Below, piece after piece: positions 52,106 through 64,000 of a stretch of 64,000 nucleotides of DNA. A program made the position numbers and the translations under genes. Each line of letters begins with the position of its first letter. Within the stretch, counting starts at the first letter, position 1. Source of the stretch: Callorhinchus milii (taxonomy: Eukaryota); NCBI RefSeq assembly GCF_018977255.1, contig NW_024704743.1:18540001-18604000 (forward strand). Direction: 5' to 3'. The notes under the pieces were generated by a model. It searched no databases. It was not told the DNA's origin and saw only the letters and a list, made by a program, of their open reading frames with translations.

Positions 52106-52586
52106 ATATCAAAACCTAAATTTTAGAAGAAAGCCCTTTTGGGAGAGTACACAGGTATACGGAAAAGCATTGATTCTATTACCTGCATTTGCTTATTCAG
52201 CACATACTAACATGGTATTTAAAGTTTCCTACACACTGGAAGATTTTGGTTCAAAACTGCAGCCAATATATTTAAACCCATCTTACATGGTAAATATCAC
52301 TCAGTTCTGGAAATCCGTCGGTGTGACTGAGACTCGACTATCTAGTGGCTTGATAGTATTGAGTGCAGCACTGGAGCTTTGTGACGAGGTGTGGCTGTAT
52401 GGATTCTGGCCCTTCTCGAAAAACATGGAAGGAATGAAGATCTTCAATCATTACTACGACAATATACCACCAAAGCGATCAGCTCATGTCATGCCGAGGG
52501 AATTCTACAGACTTCTGCAACTTCACACCAAAGGCATTCTGAAGTTGCGAGCTGGAAAATGCAAGAACAAGCCAACAGATATTTAG
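52106..52586 (+). CDS. ST8SIA6: ST8SIA6-like copy B last coding exon (481 nt including stop)
   Basis: tttttgcag|A TAT CAA... Contains sialylmotifs S, III (HYYD), VS (HVMPRE) and the C-terminal Cys (GKC) typical of ST8Sia. TAG at 52584-52586. Corresponds to ORF 52044..52586, whose first ~20 aa are intronic. Confidence 0.95.
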
Positions 52587-52740
52587 AAGGATGGGGTACA
52601 AGGCAAACATACATAGAAGTTCAAATCTGTAAAACTGAAACCTAGCTAGTTTTCTGAATGTGATTTCTCTTTTTACCACTTTTTATCTTCCACTCATCCA
52701 AATACTACTTTTTACCTTCCACTTATCCAAATACAGTCAC

Positions 52741-52746
52741 AATAAA
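52741..52746 (+). promoter_or_regulatory. Candidate polyadenylation signal of copy B
   Basis: AATAAA 155 nt after the stop. Alternatives at 53721 and 53848. Confidence 0.35.
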
Positions 52747-53109
52747 ATCATGAGAAGTGCTTTGAAATGTTGCAACAATAAGATGTTATGTTAAATGCAG
52801 GAATAATTATTTTTGTCTTTTGAAGATTTTTGAAATTATTTTTTCTTCTAATGGTGGTATGGACCTGTGGGTGCTGGTTACACTCTGTTTTCTCACCAAG
52901 GTGTGTTCTTTATGTTGTGGCTCTGACCGTCTTTGTTGACAGACTGTTCAACTGCAAGGATCATCATAGTCAATTATGAACCACTGTTCGCCAAATGACC
53001 ACACACATACATCTAGCTGTGTCTTCGATAGCAATCAATCAAGATCAGGAACCCTGATTAATTTTCCTTATTTAACTCTTGGACGCTAAGGCTGATTTTA
53101 GCCCCCTTC

Positions 53110-53500
53110 CTGACACCGAATGGATCGACTTCAAGGTCCTCACTCTCGTGTTCAAATCCATTCACTTCCTGGCACCTCCCTACCTCTCCGACCTCTTCAC
53201 TCCCCAAACCACCACCCGCCACCTCTGCTCGACTGGCACCATCCTCCTGCTCGTCCCTCGCACCCTCTGCCCCACCATCGGAGGTCGTGCTTTCAGCCAC
53301 TATGCCCCCAAACTCTGGAACGCTCTCCCTCAATCCCTCTGCCTTGCCCCCTCTTTCAAGTCCCGCCTGAAGACTTTCCTGTTCAACCGTGCTTACAGCC
53401 ACCTCCCCCTGACTTGGAGACAGGCTCCGACACTGCTAAGCATTCTGAGATGCTACCCTGCATGGAGGGCGTTACATAAGTGCAAGTTGTTGTTCTAGTT
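53110..53500 (+). mobile_element. L2 3' fragment
   Basis: IDFKVLTLVFKSIHFLAPPYLSDL...GGRAFSHYAPKLWNALP. Confidence 0.85.
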
Positions 53501-54684
53501 GTTGTTGACTAAGATCAGCTAACAGCACAGTCTGGATTTCAAACCAGCAACCTATTTGATCTATTGCATTTACAATAAGGCTATCAAGGAGATTTCTGAA
53601 TATTAGATTACTGTGAAATGTGCTGCATCTTTGAAATAAGTGATATTTTACATACTGGAGTAGGTTTTTATGTATCTGGATGTTATGACTGTGAAATCCT
53701 GAGGACGATAGATGTCAGTGAATAAACTTTATTATATAGCAATGTTCTAACGTCTGAACTGATCTTGTTGATGTCTTCTGGAATGTCAAGTACTTTTCTT
53801 CTGAAGTTTGAAGGATCATGATTTGTAAATATTATAAGGCAGTAACAAATAAAGTGTTCAATTTATTTCAGCAGAATTTATTTCATAATTTATACAACAC
53901 TTTAAGCCGTCCAGCATGAAGAGTGCTATATAAATGCAAGTTGTTGTTGTCATACCATAATTGGATCTCATTTTCTTACTTTCAATATAAGATATAATGC
54001 CATTCAGAAGGAAATTTGACTGTGAATCTGATAATATTTTTGAAGCGATTGTGCGAGTAAAATAAGTTTTGATATATTTCTAAATTATATTCTGGGTTCA
54101 AAATATTTTAAACAGCATTAAAAGGAGTGAGTGGTCCAGCTCAGAGCTGTAGTTACACTAACTGATAATCTGAATCTAACCTCACAGAATTCATCAGTGT
54201 GTACAAGTACTGGACATGACTTAATTACTGAGCAGATTGAGTCGCCGGATCTCACTTGCACTTTGCCCCTGAGATTGTCTGGGAAATAAGTATCTAAAAT
54301 GGATAGTTCCAGTACGAGGTGGAGGCCTCAAACATAATGAGTTTTTTTNGTTCAGCCGGGTGTCTGACACATGCGGAAACCCATCGCCATGCTTAAGAGT
54401 ATCCAAACCAAACACAGATTTCCACGCATCCCACCTACACATGGAAATCCCAGAGATAGATTGTTGGAATGGAATGCGCACTCTCTCCCTGGAGGGACGC
54501 ATCCTGCTTACCTAATTCCGGAAAATATTAGGCGCAGGTTGGCAAGAGCCAAGGCTTGGGGACTCCAGAGAGTGCATTGTGGTACTGCTGGAGTCTAATC
54601 AGCTAAAACCGCATAGCTTGACATTGATAACTGTAGGAGAATTTAGCAAGAGGTCGTAAACCAGCTTGTTCCTTCCTGATCAAA

Positions 54685-55715
54685 CCACAACAACAAAAAG
54701 ATTACATTTGTAAAGTACCTTTCACGTCGGGAGGATGTCCCAAGGAGCTGGACAGAGTTATGGACCCGAGCTGGAGTGGGAGATGGTGGAGGGCAGGGGG
54801 GAAGCAGGGAGATCGAAAGCACAGTCGAAGAGCAGGGTCTTGAGATGGGTTTTCAAGGTCTTTAGGAGGTCGCAGAGGTAGAGGTGAGCAAGACCGTGGA
54901 GGGCTTTGAAGGTGAGGACCAGGATTTTGAACTGTATGCTCTGTGTGATGGAAAGCCAGTGGAGTTGGGCAAGGATGGGGGGATAGGGTCGCGGAGCCTA
55001 GTGTGGGAGAGGACACAGACTGCAGAGTTCTGGATGATCTGCAGCCTGTGGAGGGAGGAGTTGGGGAGGCCAACAAGTAATGAGTTTGTATAGTTGAACC
55101 TCGATGTAACGAAAGCATGTATGAGGGTTTCGGCGGCTTGTGGTGTGAGACAGTGTCAGAGCTGAGTGATGTTGCAGAGGTGGGGGAAGGCAACAACAAC
55201 AAGATTGCATTTATAGAGTGCCTTTCATGTCGGCAGGACATCCCAAGGTGCTGGACAGTTGGGTCAGGACCCGAGCAAGGGGGAAATGGTCAGGGTGAGG
55301 GAAGGGAGGGAGCGAGGAGGGGGTAGAGAGTCGAGAGGGGAGCTAAAGGGGAGAGGGAGGGGGAAGTGACCGTAAGCACAATCAAAAAGGAAGGTCTTTA
55401 AGCAGGATTTGAAACTGGGGAAGAAGGGAGGGGGCAAGGCGGAGAAATTGGGGTAGAGAGTTCCAGAGCTTTGGGGCCTTTGATGGGTTGATGGGAGCCA
55501 ATGAGTATGGATTCTGTCTTACCGACATTCAGCTGCAGGAAATTTGCACTCATGCAGGCCTTGATGAACCTCAGGCAAGCTGACAGGACATCAGCGGACA
55601 GTGAAGTAGGAGGAGTAGATTTGGGTGTCATCAGCTACATGTGGAAGTTAACCCCATGTCTGCAGATGGCATTGCCATGAGGGAGCGTATAAATGATGAA
55701 AAGAAGGTGACCAGG
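54685..55715 (-). mobile_element. Cluster of nested L2 fragments
   Basis: Several L2 tails and ORF2 pieces (LQLNVGKTE). Confidence 0.8.
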
Positions 55716-56409
55716 CGGCAGCGGGAGGAGAATCCAAGATAAATTGTTGTCGATTAATCAAGTAGGATTCGAACCATGCGATTGCGATCCCACTCTTAAG
55801 GATTCTCTTGAGACGGTATTAAGTCGGTAAAGCAAAAGTCTTTCATTAAAATTGACACAATCAGCTGTATTGTAACATTACAATACATTTCAGCAATAGA
55901 CAGAATTGAGATCATATTAACAGATCCCAGGTGGGGTTGGAACTCAGTCAGTTGTTCCTCCCCCAAACCTCTGGCCTGAGTACACAACTCCACTTCTTTT
56001 TATAACAGTAATTTAAGTGTGTGAAACTTGAGCCATATAAAGGGTTGTTTCTACACAGCAATGCTCAAAGCCGGATCTGCTCATCCTGTCCTTTAATTTG
56101 GGATTTTTATCACTTCCTCAATCTTGCAGTTATGTCCCTTTGTCCCTCACAACGCAATCATTATCACACCTATCACATTCTGTGGGGAAGCAGAACAAAC
56201 TGATGGGTGTGAGAATATGTTGCTTCCATCTACCGCAACCTTAAAAATAACTCCATACAAGCAAGACCCTGATTCAGCAGTTGCTCACTTTCATCCTGGC
56301 TTCCTAGACCCTTAATTCATTTCAATATTACTACTAATACATTCTTTAATAAGGCCTTATACATAACTCCATAATTATCACACTTAAGCAATTATTCTCA
56401 ACACCACTA

Positions 56410-57200
56410 AAGTGAATAAGGGAGGAGAGGTGGTGGAGTCGGATGGTGTGATCGACTGAGGTCGAGGAGAATGAGGAGGCAAAGGGAGCCCTGGTCACAG
56501 AAATAGGAGACTTTGATGAACACTGTCTCTATGCTGTGGGCAGGGCAAAAAACAAACTGAAGGGATTCGAGTAGAGAGTGGAGGGAGAGGTGTGAGTGGA
56601 GTTGATTGGCAACCACTCGTTCCAAAGTAGTGGTCAGAAATGGCCTTGTCTGTGATGGACAGATCAGTGATGCCTAGGCCATGGGTTATGACTAGGTCGA
56701 GGAGACGGCCACAGATGTGGGTCGGGGAGTTCATGTGGAGAATGAGATTTAAAGTGGAGTAGAGGCAGGCAAAGCCAGAGGAGATGGAGCAAAGGGAATT
56801 TAGATGGAGGTTGAAATCACCCATTATGAGCAGGCACTTTATGCAGAGGGACAGGGATGAGAGGAGATATCCGTGAGGAAGGAGCCAAAAGGTTTGGTGG
56901 GTGTGGTAAACTAGAAGGATTTTGAAGGAGAGAGAGTTCGGATAGTAGAGGGTGAGGTGTTCAAAGGAGGGGAAACAGACAGGCGAGTAGGGGGATAGAC
57001 CGAGGGAGGTTTGGAAGATGAGAGTCACCGCTCACGTTTATTTGGGCAGGTGGTGTGGTGCGAAATATAACCAAACGGGGAGGCTTCTACAAAGGGGACA
57101 GGGTCACCGGGGGATAACGAGATTTCCATGAGCCCAATAGCAATGAATTTATCCTCCAGAATGAGGTGATGGATTAGAAGAGATTTATTAGCGAGAACAA
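56410..57200 (-). mobile_element. L2 fragment with AP-endonuclease domain remnant
   Basis: LLIMGDFNLH, PTH..G..LDLV and SDH are APE motifs, joined to an RT fragment. Confidence 0.82.
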
Positions 57201-58581
57201 ACCCTGCTTACTCATGACTGCTTGACGTTATCAAAACTTGTTTAGCTGGTAGGACTCTCGCTTCTGAGTCAGAATGTTGGTCAAACCCAACCTGGGGACT
57301 TTGAGCTCACAATCTAGGCTGACATTTCAATACAATGCGTTTCCTGTATTGTTGGAGGTGCAGTATATGGATGAAACAGGTCCTGTCTGCCTGTTCAGGT
57401 AGACATTAAAGATGCCATGAAATAAATTGTTAGAATGGAATGCACACTCTCTCACTGGAGAGAAACCTCCTGCTTACAGTGGGGACAAATGACCATTAGC
57501 CTTGGGGTGTAAGTTGCACGTGTTTGGACATTGGGTGACAACAGCAAAGAGCATCAGCTCCAATGCCTTCCACATTCAAATAGTTTTCCAACACTTCCTT
57601 CGCTAGAGTCTATCTCATACCTTTGAAGTATAAATGCAGTATTATGCAGCAATGTATATGGCCTCAAGAAAAGCAATAAAAGATAGAAACAGATGTTTTT
57701 TCTGTACAGAAGGATGTGATAAAACCAATTATGCCTGAGCTCACTGGTAACTGTTTCTCTGCATCATTTTTAAATTTGTTTTATGGTTTTAGGGTTTTAA
57801 ACAGCTTTTTTTAAGGCAGCAACAAATATTACCAATAGTTAAGATCTGTGTAAAATATATTTTTAAAGTTCAAAACCTGCCAAAGAATTGCCTTCATTGA
57901 GAGCTAAGTTAAATGTAATGCTGGAATGCAGTATTATGTAATCATGAAGTTATGATTTCCAGCCCAAAGTTGTGAATTTGACCTTATGGTGTGAATCCCT
58001 GATTGTCCAGCGCCTTGGGATGTCATCCTGACATGGAAGGCGTTATACAAATGTAATTTATTGTTATTTTTAATGTTGGTTTGGGTTGAAATTCCAATGT
58101 TGCATTGCCGCCTTTTGTCAAGATGTCAAACTGAAATCCTATCTGTCCCTGTTCAAATGGATGCTAAAGACCCTCAGATTCTCCTCTCTGCTCCTCTCTG
58201 TAGTCTCTTTGAATCACTTTCTATCCTCCTTTGGGGGAGTTAAGTGGGGACTCCTTGGAGCTGAACTAGTTCCAAGGTAACGTTTGGCAACAGAATGTCG
58301 GAATCAAGCCAGCCCTATGTGGACTCAGTAGTCCAGTTCCTGAGCCAGGTGGATCCGTAGTATTCCATGGTACTGCAAATGACAGCACATCCAGTCTGGC
58401 CCATTGGCAGGACTTGGAACATATTCAAGACTGAGATAGATAGATATCTTATTGTAAAAGGGATTAAAGGATATGGGGATAAGGCAGGGTTAGGTTATTA
58501 GCTGGAGTTAGATTAGAAGATCAGCCATGATTGAATGGCGGTGCAGGCTCGAAGGGCCGAATGGCCCACTCCTGCTCCTAC

Positions 58582-58654
58582 ATGTTATGTTATGTTATGT
58601 TATGTTATGTTATGTTATGTTATGTTATGTTATGTTATGTTATGTTATGTTATG
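58582..58654. repeat. (ATGTT)n pentanucleotide microsatellite at the tail of a CR1-like 3' end (~58420-58580)
   Basis: About 14 perfect units following gcaggctcgaagggccgaatggcccactcctgctcct. Confidence 0.9.
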
Positions 58655-59609
58655 GAAGGGCAGACCAGTCACTACAGTTCTTGGAAATTTCCGAGATGTT
58701 TATTGGAATGAATGTCCAGAACGTCCTCCTGACATGAAAGGTGCTATACAAATGTAATTTTGTTTTTGTTATCCACTTTCTCCATGGAGCGATGCACCCT
58801 GCTTACCTAATCCCGGAGAATATTAGGCACAGGTTGGCAAGAAGCTCGGCTTGGGACCCCAGAGTGTGCACTGGGGGTACTGCTGGAGTCTCACCAGCTA
58901 AAACCACTTAGCTTGCCATCGATAGCATTGTCTGCCAAGCTTTCCCGCGGCTCATTCAGCTTGGACTATTCTACCCATTAGGGATTTGGGTTGCAAAGTC
59001 AACAGGAGTTCCTGCCCTTTGTGACAAATCTGCCATTCCAATTCCTGCTGAAGAGCCAGGCTGGCTCAGGAACTGGGCCACTAGGACCTCGGATCCATTT
59101 CAGCTCCAGGGAGACCCCACTCGAAACCACTCCACCCCCCCATCCCGCCCCCACCCCACCCCACCCCCCCCCCCACCCCCCCCCCCCCCACCACCCCCGT
59201 GAGGAGAGAGTGAAGAGAGAGGTGAGAGCAAAGCTGGTTAGCGACACCACATTCCAGAGCATGGCATGGAAGGGCAGGTTGGAAATGGAACGGTAATTTG
59301 TGATGTTGGAGGGGGTCAAGGTTGGGTGTTTTAAGGAGGGAAGTGATGACAGCGGAAGAGAGTCACTAGTTGGTCAATTGACATCTGCCAAATGCAAGTT
59401 AGAACCCTCACCAGGAACTCCCTTCCGAGTGGGCACCACAGCTCAGTATGAAATGTGTGACAGCATTGCCTCCATGTTCCTACCAACATCTCAGACACAC
59501 GTCCCTTCCCATTAAGCGATGGTTCCACCCGTTGGAGGTGTGGAGCTTAAGCAGTGTGGCTTACATCTTTGCAAACCAATTAAGGTGGACTCCAAGCCTT
59601 GGATGTACG

Positions 59610-60425
59610 AACACGTGTTCTGCCTTCTCATCCTCCTGGACCTCTCCGCCACATTTGACACAGTCGATCACGCCACCTTCATTCACCACCTGTCCTCCTT
59701 CATCCACCTTAGTAGGACCGCACTATCCTGGTTCAAGTCCTATCTATCTAGCTATCTAGCTAACTAGCTATATATATATATATATGCAATGGTGGAAGAC
59801 ACAGAATTCTTCTTCTGTCCAGTTGCAAGTCCAGGTCCAGTGTGTAACCTAGGCGTCAGGTTCAACCAACAGCTGTCCAAAGCTGAAAGACTCTCCCTGC
59901 TTTTGTCACCTGCTGACTCAACTTTTCAGATGCCCTCTTTGCCAATCTCCCCAGCTCCAACATACACAAGATCCAGCTGATCCAAAACTCTGCCACCCAC
60001 ATACTCACCATCACTAAACTCCATACCCACATCACACCAGTTCTAGCCAGGCTCCACCGGCTCCCTATCGCTGAGTAGATCGATTTCAAGAACCTCATAC
60101 TTGTTTTCAAATCCCTTCATGTCCTGGCACCTCCCTACCTCTCCAACCTGCTTATCCCCCAACCCACAATCTGCTGCTTCCGCTCGACTGACTCCAGCAT
60201 TCTGCATGTCCCCTGTGCCCTCCATTCCACAATCGCTGGCCCCGCTTCCAGCCACTACACCCCGAAACTCTGGAACACTTTTCCTCTATGCCTGCAACTT
60301 GCCCCTTCCTTCCCCATCTTCAGGTCATGCCTGAAGACCTTCATATTCGACCGTGCCTACATTCAACTTCCCCTTCCCCCGGCTCGGAGTCGTGCTCCAC
60401 CACTGTCTAGCGCTGTGAGACACTA
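59610..60425 (+). mobile_element. Old L2 fragments
   Basis: [15 protein letters not shown] followed by ORF2 C-terminal motifs. Confidence 0.75.
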
Positions 60426-61349
60426 CCCAACCCTCCTCCAGATGCTCAACAGCTGGTCGGTGTTGGTCGGAGCACTCCCTGTAGTCACTTCCTGTGTTTG
60501 CCAACAATCCACCTTACTGACTGATTTTGCAAATGGATTGTAGGAAGCCTCTATGCTGCATCCCCAGGATTTCAGAATCGTAATCAGCCTCATTACAGTC
60601 ACTCTTCTTGGATAAATACCTCAGTTGCACTCTGTAACACTGACGGAGTACGTGTCTGACCAAGAATCTTGTTGTTGACCAGTGCTAGCAGGGCAGCTCC
60701 CAGATATTTTGAAGGTTTTGAATATCTCAAAGCGCTTCACATGATCGAATTACTAAATAAAAATAATTATTGCGTTTAATATGGCGCCTTATCATGTCTT
60801 CAATATATCTCAAAGCGCTTCACGGAATATACTATAAAGCAAATTGACTGTATCTTTTTTGAGCGATACGCAGCATCCAATTACGCACATCAATGTCCCA
60901 CAAACAGTCGTGGACTGGTGACTAATTGATTATTAATTTTTTTGAAGGAATTATTAGCCCCAGAAAAGCAATCCGCCAATTGTCTAACAACTGAGTTCTT
61001 ACTTACTGCTAGGTAAGCAGAGGCGTGTGGAGTAAGGAAACTTGTCCAACATTTCGTCCTGCTGGGAATCGAAGACAGGTCTCTCGCTTGCGAGGCATTG
61101 TATTAGTGACAGGCTTCATAGAGTGGTTAGCTCCATTCTGAAAGTCTTCATGCATGACCTGAAGATGGGGAAGGAAGGGGCAAAGCGGAGGATGGAGGAA
61201 GAGTGTTCCAGAGTTTCGGGAAGTAATCGACAACCAGATCAGGTTGCCAATTCTTTACTGGTTGTTGATTACTCTGCGCAAAGAAAACTTCCTAGTACCT
61301 GTCCTGAAGTTACCCTTTGTAACTCTAAATCTATGCTCTCTTGTTCTAC

Positions 61350-61885
61350 TGGAGGTGGGAGAAGGCAGAGCCGGTCATGTCACGGATGTAGGGTAGAAAG
61401 GATAGTTGAGGGTCAAACAAGACACCAAGGTTCCGGTCTGGTTTAGTAAGGTGGAGTGTACATCCTTGAATGGGAATGCCATCAGCGCCTGAGGCGTGGA
61501 AATGCTGACGGGAGCCAATCAGGAGTGCCTCAAGCTTGTTGACGTTCAATTGAAGAAAGTTAGCTCTCATCCACAGCAGTGGTCCTGGAGTTGAGAGTGG
61601 AGGCAGAGAGATTTTCAATCCATGATTGTTTGTGGGACATTGCTGTGCACAATTGGCTGCCGCGTTCGCCCACAAATATACAGTCAATTCACTTTACAGT
61701 ATATTATTTGAAGCGCTTTGGGACGTCTAGAAGATGTGAAAAGCACTATATCAAATGCAAGGATTATTATTATTATTATGTGGAAGTTGACCCCATGTCT
61801 GTGCATGTCACCAAAAGGTAGCATGTAGATATTGAAGAAGAGGGGACCAAGGACGGAATCCTGAAGAATGCCGCACAAGATGGTA
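61350..61885 (-). mobile_element. L2 RT fragment with an inserted truncated SINE (~61612-61778, +)
   Basis: SVLGPLFFNIYMLP, LQLNVNKLEALLIG, NLGVLFD, and a SINE (tta)n tail. Confidence 0.82.
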
Positions 61886-64000
61886 ATATATTGATAATGT
61901 AATGATCTGGATTTACTTCTTCAATCCCATTGAAAATTTAATCAAGATCCATCTCATGACACAGTTGAGGGATAGTTATAATATCTTTAATGGTTTCAGA
62001 ATTCTTCCCCTTTCATCAGAAGATCAATATGTTTTTTTACTGTACATTATTGTTCATCATAGTCAAATCAAAACAACATCTTTCCTAGAGAGGCTGCTGC
62101 TTTTTCAGGTTTAATCCTTTTAAGCATAAACATTGACAATGCCAGTTGCTGTCCACTCCTATTAGGAGGCACTTGATGAGGAATTATGAAATATGAATTT
62201 ATATTCTCATAAATTACATTGATTTAATGATTCATAAGTAATGACTTTACAAATGAGTTATGACATCCTCCCTTCTGGAAATATATCATGATTCCAATGA
62301 AAAGTTCATTTTACACCACACATAAAAAAAACTACTGAGCTCATGCAGTAACAAATACTATTTTCAAAGTTACTGATAAATATGTGGAACTAATGAAAGA
62401 CTTAAGACAAATATTAAGCTGCTTTATGACATTATGACATTACGAGGAAACCTCCTCAACATCAGAGAAGCTATTTTGATATCATGAAGAAAGTAACGGC
62501 CATTAAAATAAAAAACAATACGATCATCATACAAGGAAGAAATTAAATTCATAATTTTGAATGAATGCAATGCACAGGATAAAATGACATTACAGTTTGT
62601 ACCATTTTTAAATCTTCCACTTGTGGGAACACTTCTACTGTGTTCTTACAATAATATCAAACCAGCTCCAAATGCTTTTCAAAATCATCCTTTTTTGACC
62701 TTTTGAGTTGAATGACTTGATAACTCCTTCCCAACCTCAATTCAGAGCCAGTGTAAAAGCTAAGAAAATCCCTGCTGCTCGAAGTCTTGTTTTTTTGACG
62801 TGCAATATGGTTGGTTAGGCAGACAGTTAAATATGTGGTGCAGGAGGCAAAAATATATATATATATTTCTGTGAACCCGATAAAAGTAATGAAATTAAAA
62901 TTTCCTGTATCAAAATACACTAATCGCTCTTTAACCAATTCAATCAGAACACAACTACAGAAAATATTTTTTTAAAGTACATTTAAATTTGCTGGTGTCT
63001 CAGTAAACTATTGATGCGGGTGTATTCATATTATTCAATGGACATAGCTAAAATAATTAGGGAAAATATATACTTGGCTTAGAATACTATGGTTTAAAAT
63101 GTTTCATTGGATCAATAGGTCTGTAGAAGTCAATTAATTAAGTAGTTGTTTGGTACTTTGGAATTTTATCAAGTTTTGCTTTTCTCCAGAATCAATAACA
63201 TTCAAATATAATAAAGACAGACAAAGTCTTGTTATATTAAATAAAGGCAGAAAATCCTGGAAATGCACAGGTCAATCAACACCTAGCAGAGAAAGGTAGG
63301 TTGACATTTCAGGTCATCCTTCATCTACAATGGGGGTATTTTTATATAAAAGGCCACTCACATTCAAAAATGTGATCCAGTTAAGCGACACTGGGTTTGG
63401 GTGCAATGGTGAGTCTTCACACAACAAAACTTACATATATAAAGAATCAAAACGCTGGCCTAGAAATCAGCCTTTTCAGCCCTCTAACTTCAGAGGACTC
63501 TAATCTGCAGAAAGTATGTGATTAGGTAGTCAAATAAAAATAATCTAAAGGTCTACCTATCTCAATGTATACTTCCTGATATTTGGATCAATTGAATGTA
63601 ATTTTTTTTTGTTTTAATTTTGAACAAGTTCATTATTGAAATGCATTTAAACCATGTTACATATATTATATATTTGTCTACTTCTTTGTATTGAATGAAT
63701 TGGGGGAGCATTCTGAATGATTTTTTGTCAATATATGCTCAATACAACTCTGGAACACTCTCCCTCAATCCCTCTGCCTTGCCCCTCTCTCCTTTCTTTC
63801 AAGTCTCGCCTGAAAACTTTCCTCTTCAACTGTGCTTTTGGCCACCACCCACCTCCTTCCTGGCTCGGAGTCAGGCTGCGCCACTGTTAAGCACTCTGAG
63901 ATGCTACCCTGAGTGGAGGCTGTTATGTAAGTGCAAGTTGTTGTTTTTGTACAAATGTTTTCTTCTCCAATCTTTTGAATCCTTAAAAAGGTCACAATGA

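Larger units (their letters stand above)
38030..52560. repeat. Outer right arm of inverted segmental duplication
   Basis: Reverse-complement counterpart of 1-15910, with arm-specific TE insertions. Confidence 0.93.

Noticed and set aside
39593..52586. Copy B as a pseudogene or soluble enzyme lacking a TM
   Set aside because: An intact, phase-compatible TM exon exists at 33057-33151, giving a 374-aa ORF.
54349..54349. Ambiguous base N as a structural breakpoint
   Set aside because: It is a single N beside a T-run at a repeat tail, outside the gene models. It is noted only as an assembly caveat.
55750..55800. tRNA-Ser-like T-arm (ggttcgaatcct on the minus strand)
   Set aside because: No complete cloverleaf or A-box can be built.
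58582..58654. CRISPR-like or coding repeat (YVMLC)n
   Set aside because: It is a simple (ATGTT)n microsatellite without spacers in eukaryotic DNA.
63745..63945. Direct duplication of 53310-53495
   Set aside because: Both are 3' ends of the same L2 subfamily, with no flanking homology.
563..64000. Most ORFs in the six-frame track, e.g. Pro/Ser-rich 5997..6473 and the recurring ...KCKDYYYY peptides
   Set aside because: They are off-frame or antisense readings of L2, CR1 and SINE copies or microsatellites, not host genes.

Overview
Repeat-rich vertebrate genomic DNA. The L2/CR1 LINEs and tRNA-derived SINEs suggest a cartilaginous fish such as a chimaera, which is an inference. The window holds a large head-to-head inverted duplication carrying two spliced alpha-2,8-sialyltransferase genes (GT29, ST8SIA6-like, mono-alpha2,8 clade). 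Copy A is on the minus strand: ATG at 15817, seven coding exons, and the last exon runs off the left edge. Copy B is on the plus strand: 33057-52586, seven coding exons, 1125 nt, 374 aa, intact. The main observation is a reciprocal loss of alternative first (signal-anchor) exons. In copy A the distal exon 1a is destroyed by a SINE insertion plus a GT>AT donor mutation, and the proximal exon 1b is kept. In copy B exon 1a is kept and exon 1b is removed by a ~560 bp deletion. Other observations: a cluster of replacement-only changes after the LLPAF motif, mosaic arm identity suggesting gene conversion, a SINE insertion carrying ~90 bp of local DNA, a decayed LTR-type gag/protease relic, and an unclassified repeat family. 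Nearly all ORFs in the supplied track are repeat-derived or noise. All exon models were read by eye and lack transcript support.
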